Source: Guillardia theta CCMP2712 (taxonomy: Eukaryota; Protista; Cryptophyta). From it: a stretch of 64,000 nt of DNA. Shown piece by piece: positions 26,199-38,729 of the stretch (positions are counted from its first letter, which is position 1; every line of letters starts with the position of its first letter). The stretch spans positions 916,748 to 980,747 of the forward strand of contig NW_005434666.1 in NCBI RefSeq assembly GCF_000315625.1, in the 5' to 3' direction. Both the position numbers and the translations under genes were made by a program. The notes beneath the pieces were generated by a model that saw nothing but the letters and a program-made list of their open reading frames with translations, was not told the DNA's origin and searched no databases.

Positions 26199-28717
26199 TT
26201 ACTCGTCCTCCATGTACGACAGGAGCTTTTCGACGGCCGCTGCAGCCACCTGGTCTGTGATCCCATCCTTGGTAGATATGCACTGCTGTCGCAACAAGAT
26301 GTGTAGCATCAACGCATCTGGCCCCTCCTCTCCTAGCTCCTGCATGAGCTCGTTGGTGAGAACAACACCTGGACGACGATGCACTATCACCTCCTCGTCT
26401 ATCACCACCCACGGGCAGTCGTCGTTACATTGGCGGGATACGAAGTCAAGAATCTTCAACATCCGTCAGAGGAGGAGGAGGAGGAGGAGGAGGAGGAGGA
26501 GGAGGAGGAGGAGGAGGAGGAAGGAACAGGGTTGACGCACTTGAGATGATTTTGACATCTGGGGTGCTGTTGTTGTCCACCTTTTGAACGTTATCCCCCA
26601 CCTTGCAAGAACACTCGCAAGTTCCTGCAATGACAAGAATCACAACGCACAGCGATCTCAGGGTTTTTACATCTCTCAAAGCTTGAGATGTGCGCGATGG
26701 CCCTGAGGGAACAATCTCTGCATTCACTGCCTTGATGATCCTCTGAAAAAAAAGTTTTCAACTTCATTCACGATCATGCAACCATACCTGTAAGTTCATC
26801 AAAGAATCCGAATGAAGGACACCTTTGCCCCTCTTGACAAGCTACAAAGACTGTAAGACCATGACAACTGTCCTCGTCCTCCCTCTCCCATCACCACACT
26901 GTCAGTGTCGATGATAACCACAGCGTGCGGAGGAACAGGCTTCAGGTGGAGGTCCCCCAGCTTTCTCAACCACGACGACAAGTCTGAGAACTCATCGTAT
27001 CCGTCGGCATGTTTCTGCTGGGCCTCTGACGAGGAGAGTGTGTAGGTGAGCAAGGGAGGAGAGGGAGGACGAGGTAGTACCTTCAAGGAAGGACAGCAGC
27101 TTGCTAGTCTCCTCCTCATTCCCTCCCCATCCTCCTGACTTCAACTCCGGCCATCGCTCAGCTGCCTGTACGGGCTGGTCAAGTTGCGGGCAGTTGCTCA
27201 AGGTTGCAGACCTGTAAGACGAACTTCCACAAGAAAGTTTTCGGCCAATTCATCGATTCCAACACTGTTGAGATGTCAACAATAACTTGGACCACACAAT
27301 GAGGACAAGAGAGGCGATCAAGAAGGGTAGGAGAAGGAGGGTAAAAGAAGAAAGAGGGGGAGGAAGAGGGGGAGGGGAACAGGAAAACCTCGAGGCAAGG
27401 TTGCCGGGAGGAGAGGGTTTGCTGTGATGGCTGCAGTGAAATCTAAGTTGAGAACAGCATGCCACCAGCCTTCGGGAACCTGAGCATAATAATCGTCATT
27501 GTCATTGTCATTGTCATCGTCGTCAACAACAACAGAATGAACAGCAACGCCATCAACAACAGCAACACCACTGAATGACATACAAAGTACGCACAAAGAT
27601 GGTCTCTCCGGCTCGCTGAATGCATTCGATCATCCCGAGTTTCTTTCCAAGTCCCTCCTGTCAATCCTCAACATGAATTGCGATATCGCCACTTCATGCA
27701 GCAAATTTTCTACTTTGACAATCTTAGGGTATATTTCCGACCACCATCTGTTTGACTCGTCAACATATAGATGAAAAGGATCCGATCGATACATGCATGG
27801 AGGAACCATCTTGTTCTTGTAGGAATTCTTCTCGATCCCAAGGCTCTTCAGAACTTCGTCGTCAGAGATCGGAGGGAATAAGATCCAACTGGCAAACAAG
27901 GTCAGCAACTAACAGTCTTGCCCTCTGCTCTTGCCGCTTGTTCCCACAAAGCAGCGTGTTCCATGCTGAGGTGCAATTGGGATCAACATGCATGTTGGTC
28001 CCTGTACGCGCTCCCCCGACGATGAAGAAGGTATTCTTAGGGAAGATGTGTCGTGTTTCCTGACTGAGTTCATAACAATCTTCCTGAAACAACTTCGGTA
28101 CTTCAAAGTCTTCCAGCCTGTTTGCCTTGCTGTCATGGTACTTTCAACATCGCTCCAACTCACAAGCATCGTCGCTCTCCCTCGAAGTCGTCATCGAAGC
28201 CATACCACGGGAACTCCGCTCCTCCGCTATCTTGACTAGCGTACGACACATAATGACGTCTTCAAACAGCGCAGTCAGTTCTCCTCCATCCCCCTTCCTC
28301 GCATCACAGTGAGATTCTCAGCGGTCTTGCAACGTTTGTCTTGGCATCAGCGATCTCCGTCACCCTCACAGCAACGTCCCCGTACCATCGGACGAGCTCT
28401 TCCGCTCCTCTCCACCGCTCCTTCGCCCTCCACCCATGGCTGCAGCCCAAGATCATGCATGGCCGACCTTGAGCAGCGTAGTTGCGATGGAAGGCCTCGG
28501 TCGTCTGCTCTGATGATTGAATGTACTCGATCGAGTTGCAACCCCGTGGCTGCAGGTCCTTCACAGCATCAAGGCACTTGTTGAACTCTCCGCTCCTATC
28601 ACGACACGTTCTGCTGCTCTGGGAGCAGAGGAACTGGACGTCCTGAGCAAGCAATTGGTCGACGTCTTGCTGTGAGCCGAGAGCCCAGAGCTTTCTGTCG
28701 GCTTCAGACAACTCCAT
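26199..28717 (-). CDS. JmjC (JMJD6-like) oxygenase fused to a C-terminal HAD_SAK-like domain
   Basis: JmjC motifs GRPCMILG..GWRAKERW, GGARTGTNMHVDPNCTSAWNTLLCGNK, WILFPP and VPEGWWHAVLNL. C-terminal motifs VVIIDTDSVV, QRIIKAVNAEIVPSGPSR, WVVIDEE and STKDGITDQVAAAAVEKL. Confidence 0.8.
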
Positions 28718-29210
28718 GTGTCTGAAGTTACCTGTCGCAAGATGAGAGAGTCTTTCAAGGTCAACAATACCACAATCCTCCGAATGCGCATGCCTAACTC
28801 CGCCTCCACTCGCTCCTGTCGTTATGTCTCGTGCTCTGCATCATCACCTGCCTACTCATCTGCGTCCCTAGAGTCTCCCCTCCTCCTCCTCCTCCTCCTC
28901 CTCCTCCTCCTCCTCCTCCTCTACACGTTTCGCCATCCCATCCCATGTTCCTCGCAGCCTCCATTCCGCCGATCACCCACCCCGGAAGTGTAATCTTTTT
29001 CCTGGTAAAATGAAGGGGTAGTCATCCAACAATGAGCTCTGGCATTTGAACAGCAGGCATGCACTACCTGCCGAGGTGGAGGAAGAGGGAGGCGCGAAGG
29101 ACAACAGCAGTGATGATGGTTTGATGTGTAAGAGCCGCAAGCAAGGATCGAAGTAGCGGCCAGATCGTTGTATCGCTGGCCGTGATCGAAGCAGAACAAT
29201 TGCACTGCCC

Positions 29211-30283
29211 ATGTTGACAACGATGCTGCTTCCAAACTTGGACGACAGTGGCGACGTTGATCAGCAGGCTTACAGCTCGCTGGAGCAGAGGTACCAAGAG
29301 CGATCCATCGAGTGCATGCAGCTGCAAGAGTCGATGATCAAGCTACAAACAGAACTCGATATGGCAAAGAAAGAGATCTCCCAGCTCAGGGAAGAATCGA
29401 TAGAGAAAGACCTGAGGTGTTGCTTTACTGCCATCATTGTCTTCCATGTCTGATCTCCTGCTTCTTCAGAATCATGCAGCTGGAAGAGAAGCAGGCCCAG
29501 AGCTCGTCAGAGCTCTCTTCCACCAAGGTGGAAACTAGCATCCTGGAGATGCAACTGGTGGACAAGCAGCATTCGTTCCAAGAGCTCCAAGAAGCTGTTG
29601 AGTACTACAGGAGGACGCAGAGGCAGTTGTACATCCAAGTTGCCAACATGCAGAAGGAACAGGACGATGATGTCAGGAAGCTGGCAGAAAGGGAAGCGAC
29701 GTTGGGATTCTTTCACCAGGACCTCGTTGCTCAGGTGTTCGTCCTGTATGCCATGGCGCAGGCGCAGAGCTACAGGGGCTCGGGACCAGCGACGTCAAGG
29801 CTGCTGGAGATGATGGAGCAAGAAGAGTCAGCTCAAGCGTTTGTGTTCCTGGGGTTGTCGAGCCTGTGTGAAGATCAAGACAGGAAGGAAGCGGTCTGCA
29901 AGGAGTGTGATAGGATTCTCCCTCAGTTGATCAAGGTTATGAACGGAGGAGGGCTGAGGTCGAGGAGGTACGCAACGCTGCTCATGATGAGCCTGTGCAA
30001 GACGGATCAAGGGAGGAGGCGGGTGTGCGATCGGAAGGAAGTCGTCCAGATGGTGCTTCACATGCTGTCCGATCGAGATGCTCTTACTGTGAAGTATGCA
30101 ATCCATGCACTCTGGTGGCTCCACTCCGATCGTTCCCTCAGGAAGAAAGCTGTCGCTGCTGCCAAGGACGTGAATGTCTATGAAGCTCTGCGCGACCTCA
30201 GAGCACAGGATGACATCACGACGGCCCTCGCGTTGGAGGTGAGGAGGTTATACAACACAGATGAGAAAGTTTCCGACGTTTGA
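29211..30283 (+). CDS. Coiled-coil + armadillo-like repeat protein
   Basis: Heptad-rich N-half. ARM-like ILPQLIKVMNGGGLRSRRYATLLMMSLC and VVQMVLHMLSDRDALTVKYAIHALWWL. One intron at about 29417-29469. Confidence 0.7.
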
Positions 30284-30407
30284 TCGCGCTCAAGGCGATG
30301 TAAGAGAATGTTTACACCAAGTGAAGAAGTCCCTTCTGTCTGTCTCCAAGGTATGACAACATTGACATGTACCATCTATTGACTATCAGTGAATAAATTG
30401 TTGATCT

Positions 30408-31365
30408 TCATAATGTGCACCCGGCCTGGAGCAAGGTCAAGAGCAGAAATCCCGATTTTGTCGTTGTGTTGCGACTTGACATCTGACCTTGTTCAACCGG
30501 CGCTTCCCCTTCGTCAAGACTCGTCATCATCCTTGTCATCCTACGATCTCGGTCGTTGAGAGCCTCCTGGGTGGCTGCAGCGACGTCAGGGTGACAGCGA
30601 GTCTCACTTGCACACACCTGTCAACGATTCCTGCAGCCTTTTGATCTCCTGCTGCATGACTTGCTCTCTTCTCTACATCCTCGTCAGGTCCTCATCCATC
30701 GCCGAGCGCGACGTACCTGAAGGCTCTCACGGAACGCCGCCACCTCCCCCTCGAGCAAGTCCGTCACTTCATCGCGCTGTCGAACTTGTCTTCGCAGCTC
30801 CTCAATCTCTGCATTCAGCTTCTCGTTCTCGCTCTTCATCTTCCCATTCTCCTCCTCCAGAGCTTCGCATCTGGTATTCTTCTGGTCCAGCTCCTCTGAG
30901 AGCTGCCTGCACAACCACGTCAACAGCGCAAGGAGCGCGGGGCAGCATGGCGCTACCGCAGACTGTCCTTGGCCAGCCTGAGGTTGTTGTGGAGGTCGTC
31001 AGCTTCATCGCACTTGGCTTGTAGGAGGTCACGGAAGTGCGCAAACTCAGCAGCCGACGGCGCCTGCAGGCGATGAGCGGGAGGGGAGGAGGGGAGAAGG
31101 AAGGGAGGAGCACAGGAGGAAGGGAGGAGGAGGAATGGAGCAGATGAAGTGGCGGCGAGGAAGGGAGGAAGAGGGACGGAGCAGAAGAAGTGGATGCGAA
31201 AAGGAGAGGAGGGTTCCAACCTTGGCCGGGGTAGAGCTCTTGACGCTGGCAGGGGAGTCAGGAGCCTGTCAAGGATGTCAAGGTATCAGAATCTGAGGGA
31301 GGAGCAGCGATTTGCCCGACCTCGTTCCCTCCAGCTTTGCCGTCTTTCTTCCGCTTGCTCCACAT
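30408..31365 (-). CDS. Small multi-exon coiled-coil protein
   Basis: Exons FAHFRDLLQAKCDEADDLHNNLRLAKDSLR and LSEELDQKNTRCEALEEENGKMKSENEKLNAEIEELRRQ, separated by short GT-AG introns. Confidence 0.6.
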
Positions 31366-31692
31366 GATGGCAGACTTCCCAGGAACTCTTTCGATTGCCG
31401 CTCACTCCTGTCTCACCAGCACGAGCACATCGCTCCTTTCATGGCTCGGAGCTCCTCTTCCCTCCTCACTCTTCTCCTCCACTCTCCTCTCCCCTCCCCT
31501 CCCCTCCCACCTTCTCCTCTCGTCCCCCTGCTCTGCTCCACTATCCCCTCCTCACGCCCTCCCTTCCCTTCAGCTCTACAACCTCTCTCCTCCTCTCGCT
31601 CCTCGTCGCGTCTCCTGCCCCCGCGAGCGCCCGATGGACATTTCCGTTTTTACTTTTTCTGTCCCGCCTCAAATCCCTCGCCTCAGGTCGGC

Positions 31693-32622
31693 ATGCGCGC
31701 AAGCAGCATGATACTGCTCTCGCTCATGCCCTCCCTCCTGAGCTGCTCCAGCAGGGTCGCTGCCTTCACTCGCCCTGTCCTCTCCTCCATCCCCACCAGT
31801 CAGGCACGTACGCGACTTTCCACAAGCAGCAGCTCCATGTGCTCAAAGATCGAGACGTTCCACCCTCGGCAGACGGTGAGAGGCTTTTCTTCATGGCCGG
31901 CGGCTGACGTGCAGCATGGCGCCTCCTCGCATCTAGGCTGAGTCCTCGCTGGATGTCAAGTGGAAGAATCCAACGAGCATCCATGTTGTGCTCGGATCCA
32001 AGTCGTTCACGCGGCAGCTGCTGGTGGGACATGCTGGTCGTGAGCATGGCGAGAATAGACTGACGGCGAGCAGCTCAAGGAGATGGAAGTGGAGTACGAA
32101 TGCTTCCCGCCAACATTGACGAGAAGGCCATCCGCTCGGAAGATCCTGAGGTAGTATGCTCCTGTCCTGCTCCTCTCAACGTCTCCTCCTCACGTCTCTT
32201 CCTCCAGAAGCTGGTGCTGGCGCTGGCAAATGCCAAGGCAGACGCGCTGTTACAGCGTCACTGCAAGGATGGGAAATGGTGAATCTTGATGGAGGTCTGG
32301 CGAGAGAGGTGCTCACAAGCGCCATGCTCCCCGAACAGGACCGGAAGCGAGCAAGTGGACGAGAGCAAAGTCACGCTGCTGCTGACCAGCGACCAGGTTC
32401 GATCGCATCCTGACCAGCGTCACCAACTGAGGCTGCGAAGGTGGTTGTGCATGAGGGAAGGATACTCGAGAAGCCGGAGGACCAGGAGGAGGCGAGGTCT
32501 TTCATATCGGGGTATGGAAGGAGTCCTCCCTCCACAGTGGGTGCGATAGCGGTCACCAACGTTGCGACGGGGAAGCGGGTTACGTCGCTTGACAAGGCGA
32601 CGATAGTTTTCAAGTAGGAGAT

Positions 32623-32671
<49 letters not shown>

Positions 32672-32836
32672 GTGATGGTGATGGTGATGGTGGTGGTGGT
32701 GGTGGTGGTGATGGTGGTGGTGGTGATGATAATGATGATGATGATGGCGATGATGATGATGGCAATGATGATGGCGATGATGATGATGATGGCGATGATG
32801 ATGATGATGATGGCGATGATGATTATGATGATGATA

Positions 32837-32880
<44 letters not shown>

Positions 32881-33248
32881 AGTAGTGACTTCTGACGGGT
32901 GTGTAGCTCAATCCCCTCCGACGTGATCGAAGAGATTGTGAAGGATGACATGACGCTGCACTGTGCTGGTGATCGCGACCAGTCGTCCTCCCTGTCCCCT
33001 GCCTCTGATCCTCCTTGCAGGAGGGCTCATGGTTGAAGATCCCAGGATCCAGCCCTACCTCGTCAGGATCGAAGGAGGTGGCGGGTAGGGTTGAGGCAAG
33101 GAACAAAGTTCTGACTGTGGGAGTGTCCAGGAATGGACTCTGTGATGGGTTTGGGTAAACGGACCACAAGGTTTTCCGAAGACTCTTCTGGTCACCAGTG
33201 CGACTGACAACTTGTTCTAGGTCCTTGTTAGAGTCTGTCTTGCAGTGA
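31693..33248 (+). CDS. Maf-family nucleoside triphosphate pyrophosphatase with a bipartite (plastid) targeting peptide
   Basis: Motifs VVLGSKSFTRQLL, ANIDEKAIR, LALANAKA, LLTSDQVVVHEGRILEKP, GGLMVE and DSVMGL. N-terminal signal peptide ends VAA|F and is followed by an S/T/R-rich transit peptide. Confidence 0.88.
32634..32880. repeat. (GAT/GGT)n microsatellite in a Maf intron
   Basis: Visible trinucleotide tract. Confidence 0.95.
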
Positions 33249-33269
33249 GAAGTTTGTTGCTGACTAATA

Positions 33270-33520
33270 AACCACCGTCACCTGCGGCGGGCAGCGACTA
33301 CCCGGTGTACCGGCCCGGGTCCGATCAATGCCGCTGCAATTCGACGAAGCGCGCCGTAGCGGAGCAGACTCGGCAGGCATTGGTGGCTTAGCCGGCGGCC
33401 GCCCGGCCCGGCCGGTCCCGGTGCCACCGTGACCACGGTGACTCAGTCGGACCGGACGTCCGACCCGGCGTCACTGGCGGCCGCGGCCGGCCGAGACTGA
33501 CTGGCCCGAGAGTCTGGGGC
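33270..33520. other. GC-rich palindrome block upstream of TFIIA-gamma
   Basis: ccggcggccgcccggcccggccgg and caccgtgaccacggtg. TGACTCA at 33439-33445. Confidence 0.6.
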
Positions 33521-33578
33521 CAATTGTAACGGAAAGCAACTGTGAGAAGAGACCGTAACGGGTGCAACGGCAGCTGCT

Positions 33579-34546
33579 ATGGCAGAGGACGGCGTCAATC
33601 TGCAGCACTATCAAGGATGCGGTGAAGCAGCTTTCTCCTCCTACCTCGCCGACTCCTCCTCCTCCTCCTCCTCCTCCTCCTCCTCCTCCTCCTCCTCCTC
33701 CTCCTCCTCCTCCTATCCTTCCTCTCCTCCTGCTCTCCCTCTCCATCCCTCGTAACTGTCTCATCCCCCACATCACTGTTTCCCTCAAACCGCAATGCCT
33801 GACAGTCGCTTCTTGGCACAGCCCTTGGACAGGCGTTGAAGGAGGCGATAGATGAGCTCAGGTAACTCAGCATGCAACTCTATCAAGCTAGGTGATCGTG
33901 AACTCCTGCTGGTACTCACGTGGAGCCTTGCTCCTGCTGCGGTACAGGGCGAACGGGACTATGGAAGATCACCATGAGAACATTGTGCTCGGATGTTTCG
34001 ACAAGTCGATAACCGATTCTCTTGGAGGAGGTAATTGGAGCAGACTCATTGCTTCTCCTGTGCTGTAGCTTCTTCAACTCCATGCTGTTCCACACCACCT
34101 TGTCCAACTTTGCAGTTTTGCCGCGATTTGATCATCTGATAACATTCCAGACGGCATCTTCAAGAAATCAGAAGAGTTGGAAGAATGGTTCTTCTCTATC
34201 CTTGGTTTCTCATTGAGAGATTGATGATGGTTGAAGGTATGGGAGGACAAAGCTGACCATCAAGGGTCACCTGCAAATGTTTCGCGGGGTGGACAATGTT
34301 TGGACCCTGGTGCGATGTCGCTGAGATCTCCTCCTCTTCTTGATCCTCCTTGCAGGTGCTGACAGAAGGCAAGACGGGAAACAGAGCAGGAGACAATCGC
34401 AAGGTGCCATGGCTGACAGCGTTTCTTCACGCGAGCTGCTTGCTCATACGACCTCTTTACAGGTCTCAATACGCGTCGAGCCGGGAGACACCGAGTACAA
34501 CGTCGATGCTCTAAAGATCGTTGCGATGCAGAGAGCTGAACCTTAG
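33579..34546 (+). CDS. GTF2A2: Transcription initiation factor IIA gamma (small) subunit
   Basis: Spliced ALGQALKEAIDEL...IVLGCFDKSITDSL...KLTIKGHLQMFRGVDNVWTLVL...VDALKIVAM matches the TFIIA-gamma/TOA2 motifs FDKS, GHL..YRFCDNVWT and KIVAC. Confidence 0.88.
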
Positions 34547-34680
34547 GATGCGATGGTCGTTTGTTGTGGGCTTGCATTTTCTAGTCTGATATCATAGAGT
34601 CCCTTGTCAGTGTAGCCGAATGTAGGGGGTGACACAGTTAGTTTTGTCTTTACAGGTGGTTTGGAAAAAATCCTGTTGCT

Positions 34681-35354
34681 CTAGAACCTGTTGTTGTCCA
34701 GTGCGCCGTATGATACAGTGATTGACCGCAAGATGTACTGCACTGCCATGAGCAGGAGCACAGGAAAGGATTTGCATCGCACCTGTCCTTCGTTGGCGAG
34801 CGCTGGTAGGATGTAGGGGTAGATGGGCTGTGGGTACGTTTCACTTCGCCCGCCAAAGGCCGAGTCAGAGTTTCACCTGCACCACTGTTCCTTGCCAGCT
34901 GCCTCCGTACTGGAGAGTTGAGGTGAGAAGAGGACGCAAACTGGTCGAGTTACCGTCGTGCAGTCAACCTCGGACAAGCTCCCCTCGCAAGTCGTGTTGT
35001 GGTTGGAGCAGAAGCAGCTCCCGATACTGCCTGCTGTCAGACCCTCTCGCATTCATGCTGAAGAGCTTCACCTGTGAGCCTGGAGGACAGAGTTCCCAAC
35101 TCCCCGGACGACCTGTAGGCTGTTGCCCTCGTACGCCACTACTTGCATGAGCTCGGATTCCACCAGCACGTAGAAGCTGCGAGTGAGTGTGACAGAGGAA
35201 CACAAACACGTTCACCCTCCCGCTCACCTCTCGCAGTCTCTGCAGATTGTCGTTTGATCGATACCCGCGACTGAAGCATTCAAAACCTCGATGCTGGTCT
35301 GGCTGGAGTTGATGTTTTGTGCCTGAACCACGACATAAGACACAAGTCCTTCAT

Positions 35355-35444
<90 letters not shown>

Positions 35445-38400
35445 ACCACAGTCCCTCATGCCTCCCATCTGCTCCTGGCCTTGCTCCTGCTCCTGCTTCC
35501 CTAAAAGAAAAAAATGGCCCCACCAGGTAGGTGTACCCCGATCCTCTGAGGAACTTCGATCGAGCATGTTCTTCAGAGCCAACCGCGTCGAGGTAGGGGA
35601 AGCAGCGAGGATGCTGCGGGTGAAGAGCACAACTGAAGGGAAAGTTCAGAGTTGCTGCAGCCTACAATCTCTACCTCTCAGCTCTCACCTGAGCGCCTGC
35701 CGGGGCTCGTCGATCTCGATGAGGATTTCAAGGAGGTTGTCCGACAGAACGTCTCGTGCCAGCTCGAAGGGGAGACGGACGCTGTCGATGATAGGCTTCG
35801 TTGAATCATAGCCGTCGTATGAGTCTCTGCACTGGAGCAGCAGTCAGCTCATGCGTCCATCGTCTCTCCTGTTGACCCTCCTGTTTCCCTTCCTCTCTCT
35901 CTCCCTCTTCTCACACTCTCTGCCTCCTCCTCTCTCCCCTCCTCTCTCCTGCTGTTCTCACCTGCCAGCTGCAGTCAGGGGATCCGAACAAGTGCCCCAG
36001 GGTTCGCATATCTCCTTCTCCCAGCCGGACTCGCAGCCAGTTATCGCTGCGGAAGGGGAAGGGGACTGTGGCTTCGACGAAGATGGTGACGTCACTTGCA
36101 GGAATTCCCTTGGTGGAGATGGAGAACGGATAGCTTGCGTTGATGGGAGAGCGGATGCAAGACTTGGAGCTGCGGCAGTAGCAAGTGCCGTCTGCCTGCT
36201 TCCTCGCCTGGCCGGCCACGCAGGAAGCTCTCCCCTCTATGCTACAGACACAAGCCTCTGCCGGGTTGGCGCACGTGCCGTCGGCGATGAAGGGCTGGTA
36301 GCAGACGCCGGGGGAGGCGGACATGGAGGAGAAGCTCCAGCACTCGGTGCGGCACTTGGCCACTGAGATGAACTTGCGCTTGTTGGCCGGGCCAACAGCG
36401 GAGCACTCCCACCAGTCGTCGCAGTACTGAAGCTCGCGCTCTATGGGCCTTCCCATGAGCCCGAGCACCCCCATCCCCTCCTTGAGGCTGGTCACCGAGC
36501 AGGAGAGGGGGGGGTAGAGGATGGAGGCCTCGTTGAGGACTAGCTGGTCGGGGTGTCCGCTGGCATCGGGCTCTCCCCGCAGGAAGACGTCGATCTTGGT
36601 CCTGGCGTGGAACTGAGCAGCCGTAGCCTGAGCCATAAGGAGGAAGTTACTGCGAGAGATCCGACTCGTTTCAAATTCTGTCACGCTCCTTACAGGACCC
36701 GAGCCCAACACCTGCCCAGCTCCGGCGAAGAGCATAGCGACGAGGGAGGAAGGGCTCCCCGGGCTGGAGGCGGAGGAGTTGATATAGACGCCGACCCAAG
36801 TGTTCACAGGCTGCAGGACACCAGTAGCATTCATCGTGATCGCCCCGTCGTCTGCAGCTGGGATCACCTTGGGAATACTGAGGGTTTCGAAGTATCCAGA
36901 GGTTCGGTCGGGGGCCCTGGCGATGCCGGGGAAGCGGACGGCGCTGTAGGAGTAACACCCTCCAACACTGAACTCGATGGTAGCAGAAACGAGCCTGACG
37001 GTTGTAGCGAGGTTTGAGGCAGCTACACCCAGTCCGATCTTGAGTCGGCGGTCCGCGGAGTAGACAGACATAAGGGAGCGAGGGACGACTACCCCGTCTG
37101 TGACGACATAGGGTTCAACAACCTCATCCTTCATGAAGATGGAGGCATTGGTGCTGTTCACATTCGGAATGTTTGAGCACTCTCCCGAGCCGTCGTTGCC
37201 ACATGCACTGGCAGTTACAGAGAAGTCATTCGCAGTAACGAACAGCCTTCCGAGCTCCTCCCCCTTCTCTCCGTAGACAGAGACGTACTTGTCCTCTCCC
37301 AGCAGGTCCCCTGAGGCCTCGATCACTAGGGATGCATCAGAGCAAATCTGCGGGATGCTGGGGAACTCAATGTACTCTAGCCAAGGTCGGATCAGGTCCG
37401 TGTTGAAGGTCGTGGTTGCCACTGCCGGCCTTACTGTCAGCCTGGACTTCAACTCGGCCGAGCAAGTTGCTGTGCCTATAGTTTGCTGCACGTTCGCTGA
37501 CTGTTCGGAGGGCGGCGAGAGAGGGGCAAGACCTCCTTCCAAGACCAGAGGATTCTTCAACCAAGACCGTTCCTCCACCCCGTCATAGTATCCGGCTCGG
37601 ATTTTCAACCCGCTCAAGCTCGTCAAGACCTGAAGGATCTCAAAGTTCTGGGCAGGTTTGCCTGTCTTCAGGTTGTACCATCTTGCTGGCCCTCCAACAC
37701 AGTTCCTGTCGCAGCAGTCTTCGTTGGTCTGACATCTGTCGTTCATCCCAGCGCAAACGCTTGAACTTGACCCACTCTTACAAAACTTCTGGAAAGGCTC
37801 CGCAGAGAAAGTCACGTTGTACACTCTGTTCATTGAATCCCCGGTGTACACATACCTTGCTCCGAGTTGAATCTTCTTCTTCTTCGACTCTATGATCACA
37901 TCAGCCTGCTTGCTGTTGTTCTTTAACTCGCCATTGAAGAAGTAGTGACCAAAGTTATACTGCAGTACTCCATTCATGAACGCTCGCTTGTCCCCGAGAA
38001 ACTTGGCAGGAGCTGTGAAGTACCAATATACATTTCCCTTGTCTACTCCCTTGATCCGCTGCGTCACTCGATCTACGTCGAGCTGTATCGGATTCCCCAC
38101 AAGCTTCCCATCCCACGTTGCATACCATCCGTCTGCATCACGAAAGAATGCACTTTCAACTAAAATATCACCTGGCGCTCCACGTACAGGTGATACAAGC
38201 ATGCAGTGCATCACAGCTAACAACGACAAAGTCGCAGGTATGGTTTGAAAGCAGCATGTTCGTTTCTTAGTCAAGATATTCGATTTGACGGCTGAATGGA
38301 TGTTCGTAGTGTGCAGCACAAGGTCTGTTGGACGTGTTGTGACATCGTGGAGGTGCATTCCCCGGTGACGAGAGATCTTCGGGTATGAGCGTCGGTCAAA

Positions 38401-38664
38401 ACTTTCGGATCCGCTTCTCTTCGCAGATGATCCATTGAAGTCGATCGAACTTTCTCCTGCGGCAGCCCATTGACGGTCGTCACCAAGGCTCGACCCTGCG
38501 AGGGTTCGAGATGACGAGCAGGATACAGACGATGCACAGGAGGAGGAGGAGGAGGAGGAGGAGGAGGAGGAGGAGGAGCAGGAGGAGCAGGAGGAGGAGC
38601 AGGAGGAGGAGCAGGAGCGATGGTGCGACTTCAGTCGATTTATCAGCGCCATCGGGATCATGTC
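34681..38664 (-). CDS. Large secreted/surface protein with laminin IV (laminin B) domain, Cys-rich modules and four tandem beta-rich repeats (start uncertain)
   Basis: Hydrophobic TLSLLAVMHCMLVSPVRG. Laminin-IV motifs FFRDADGW, WYFTAPAKFLGDKRAFMNGVLQY, ADVIIES and ILQVLTSLSGLKIRAGY. Main ORF 35911-38700 plus further exons ending ILRSITVSYGALDNNRF*. Confidence 0.75.
35355..35444. repeat. (CTCCTG)n intronic microsatellite
   Basis: Visible tandem hexamer. Confidence 0.95.
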
Positions 38665-38729
38665 CCAAACCGACGTAACGGCTCGAAACGGTCTGTTCAA
38701 CCACCATCAACGGTCAAAAGGAATTCACC

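Noticed and set aside
32420-33169. Poly-His and poly-Met ORFs
   Set aside because: This is a (GAT)n microsatellite inside a Maf intron. The same applies at 50.1, 52.4 and 55.9 kb.
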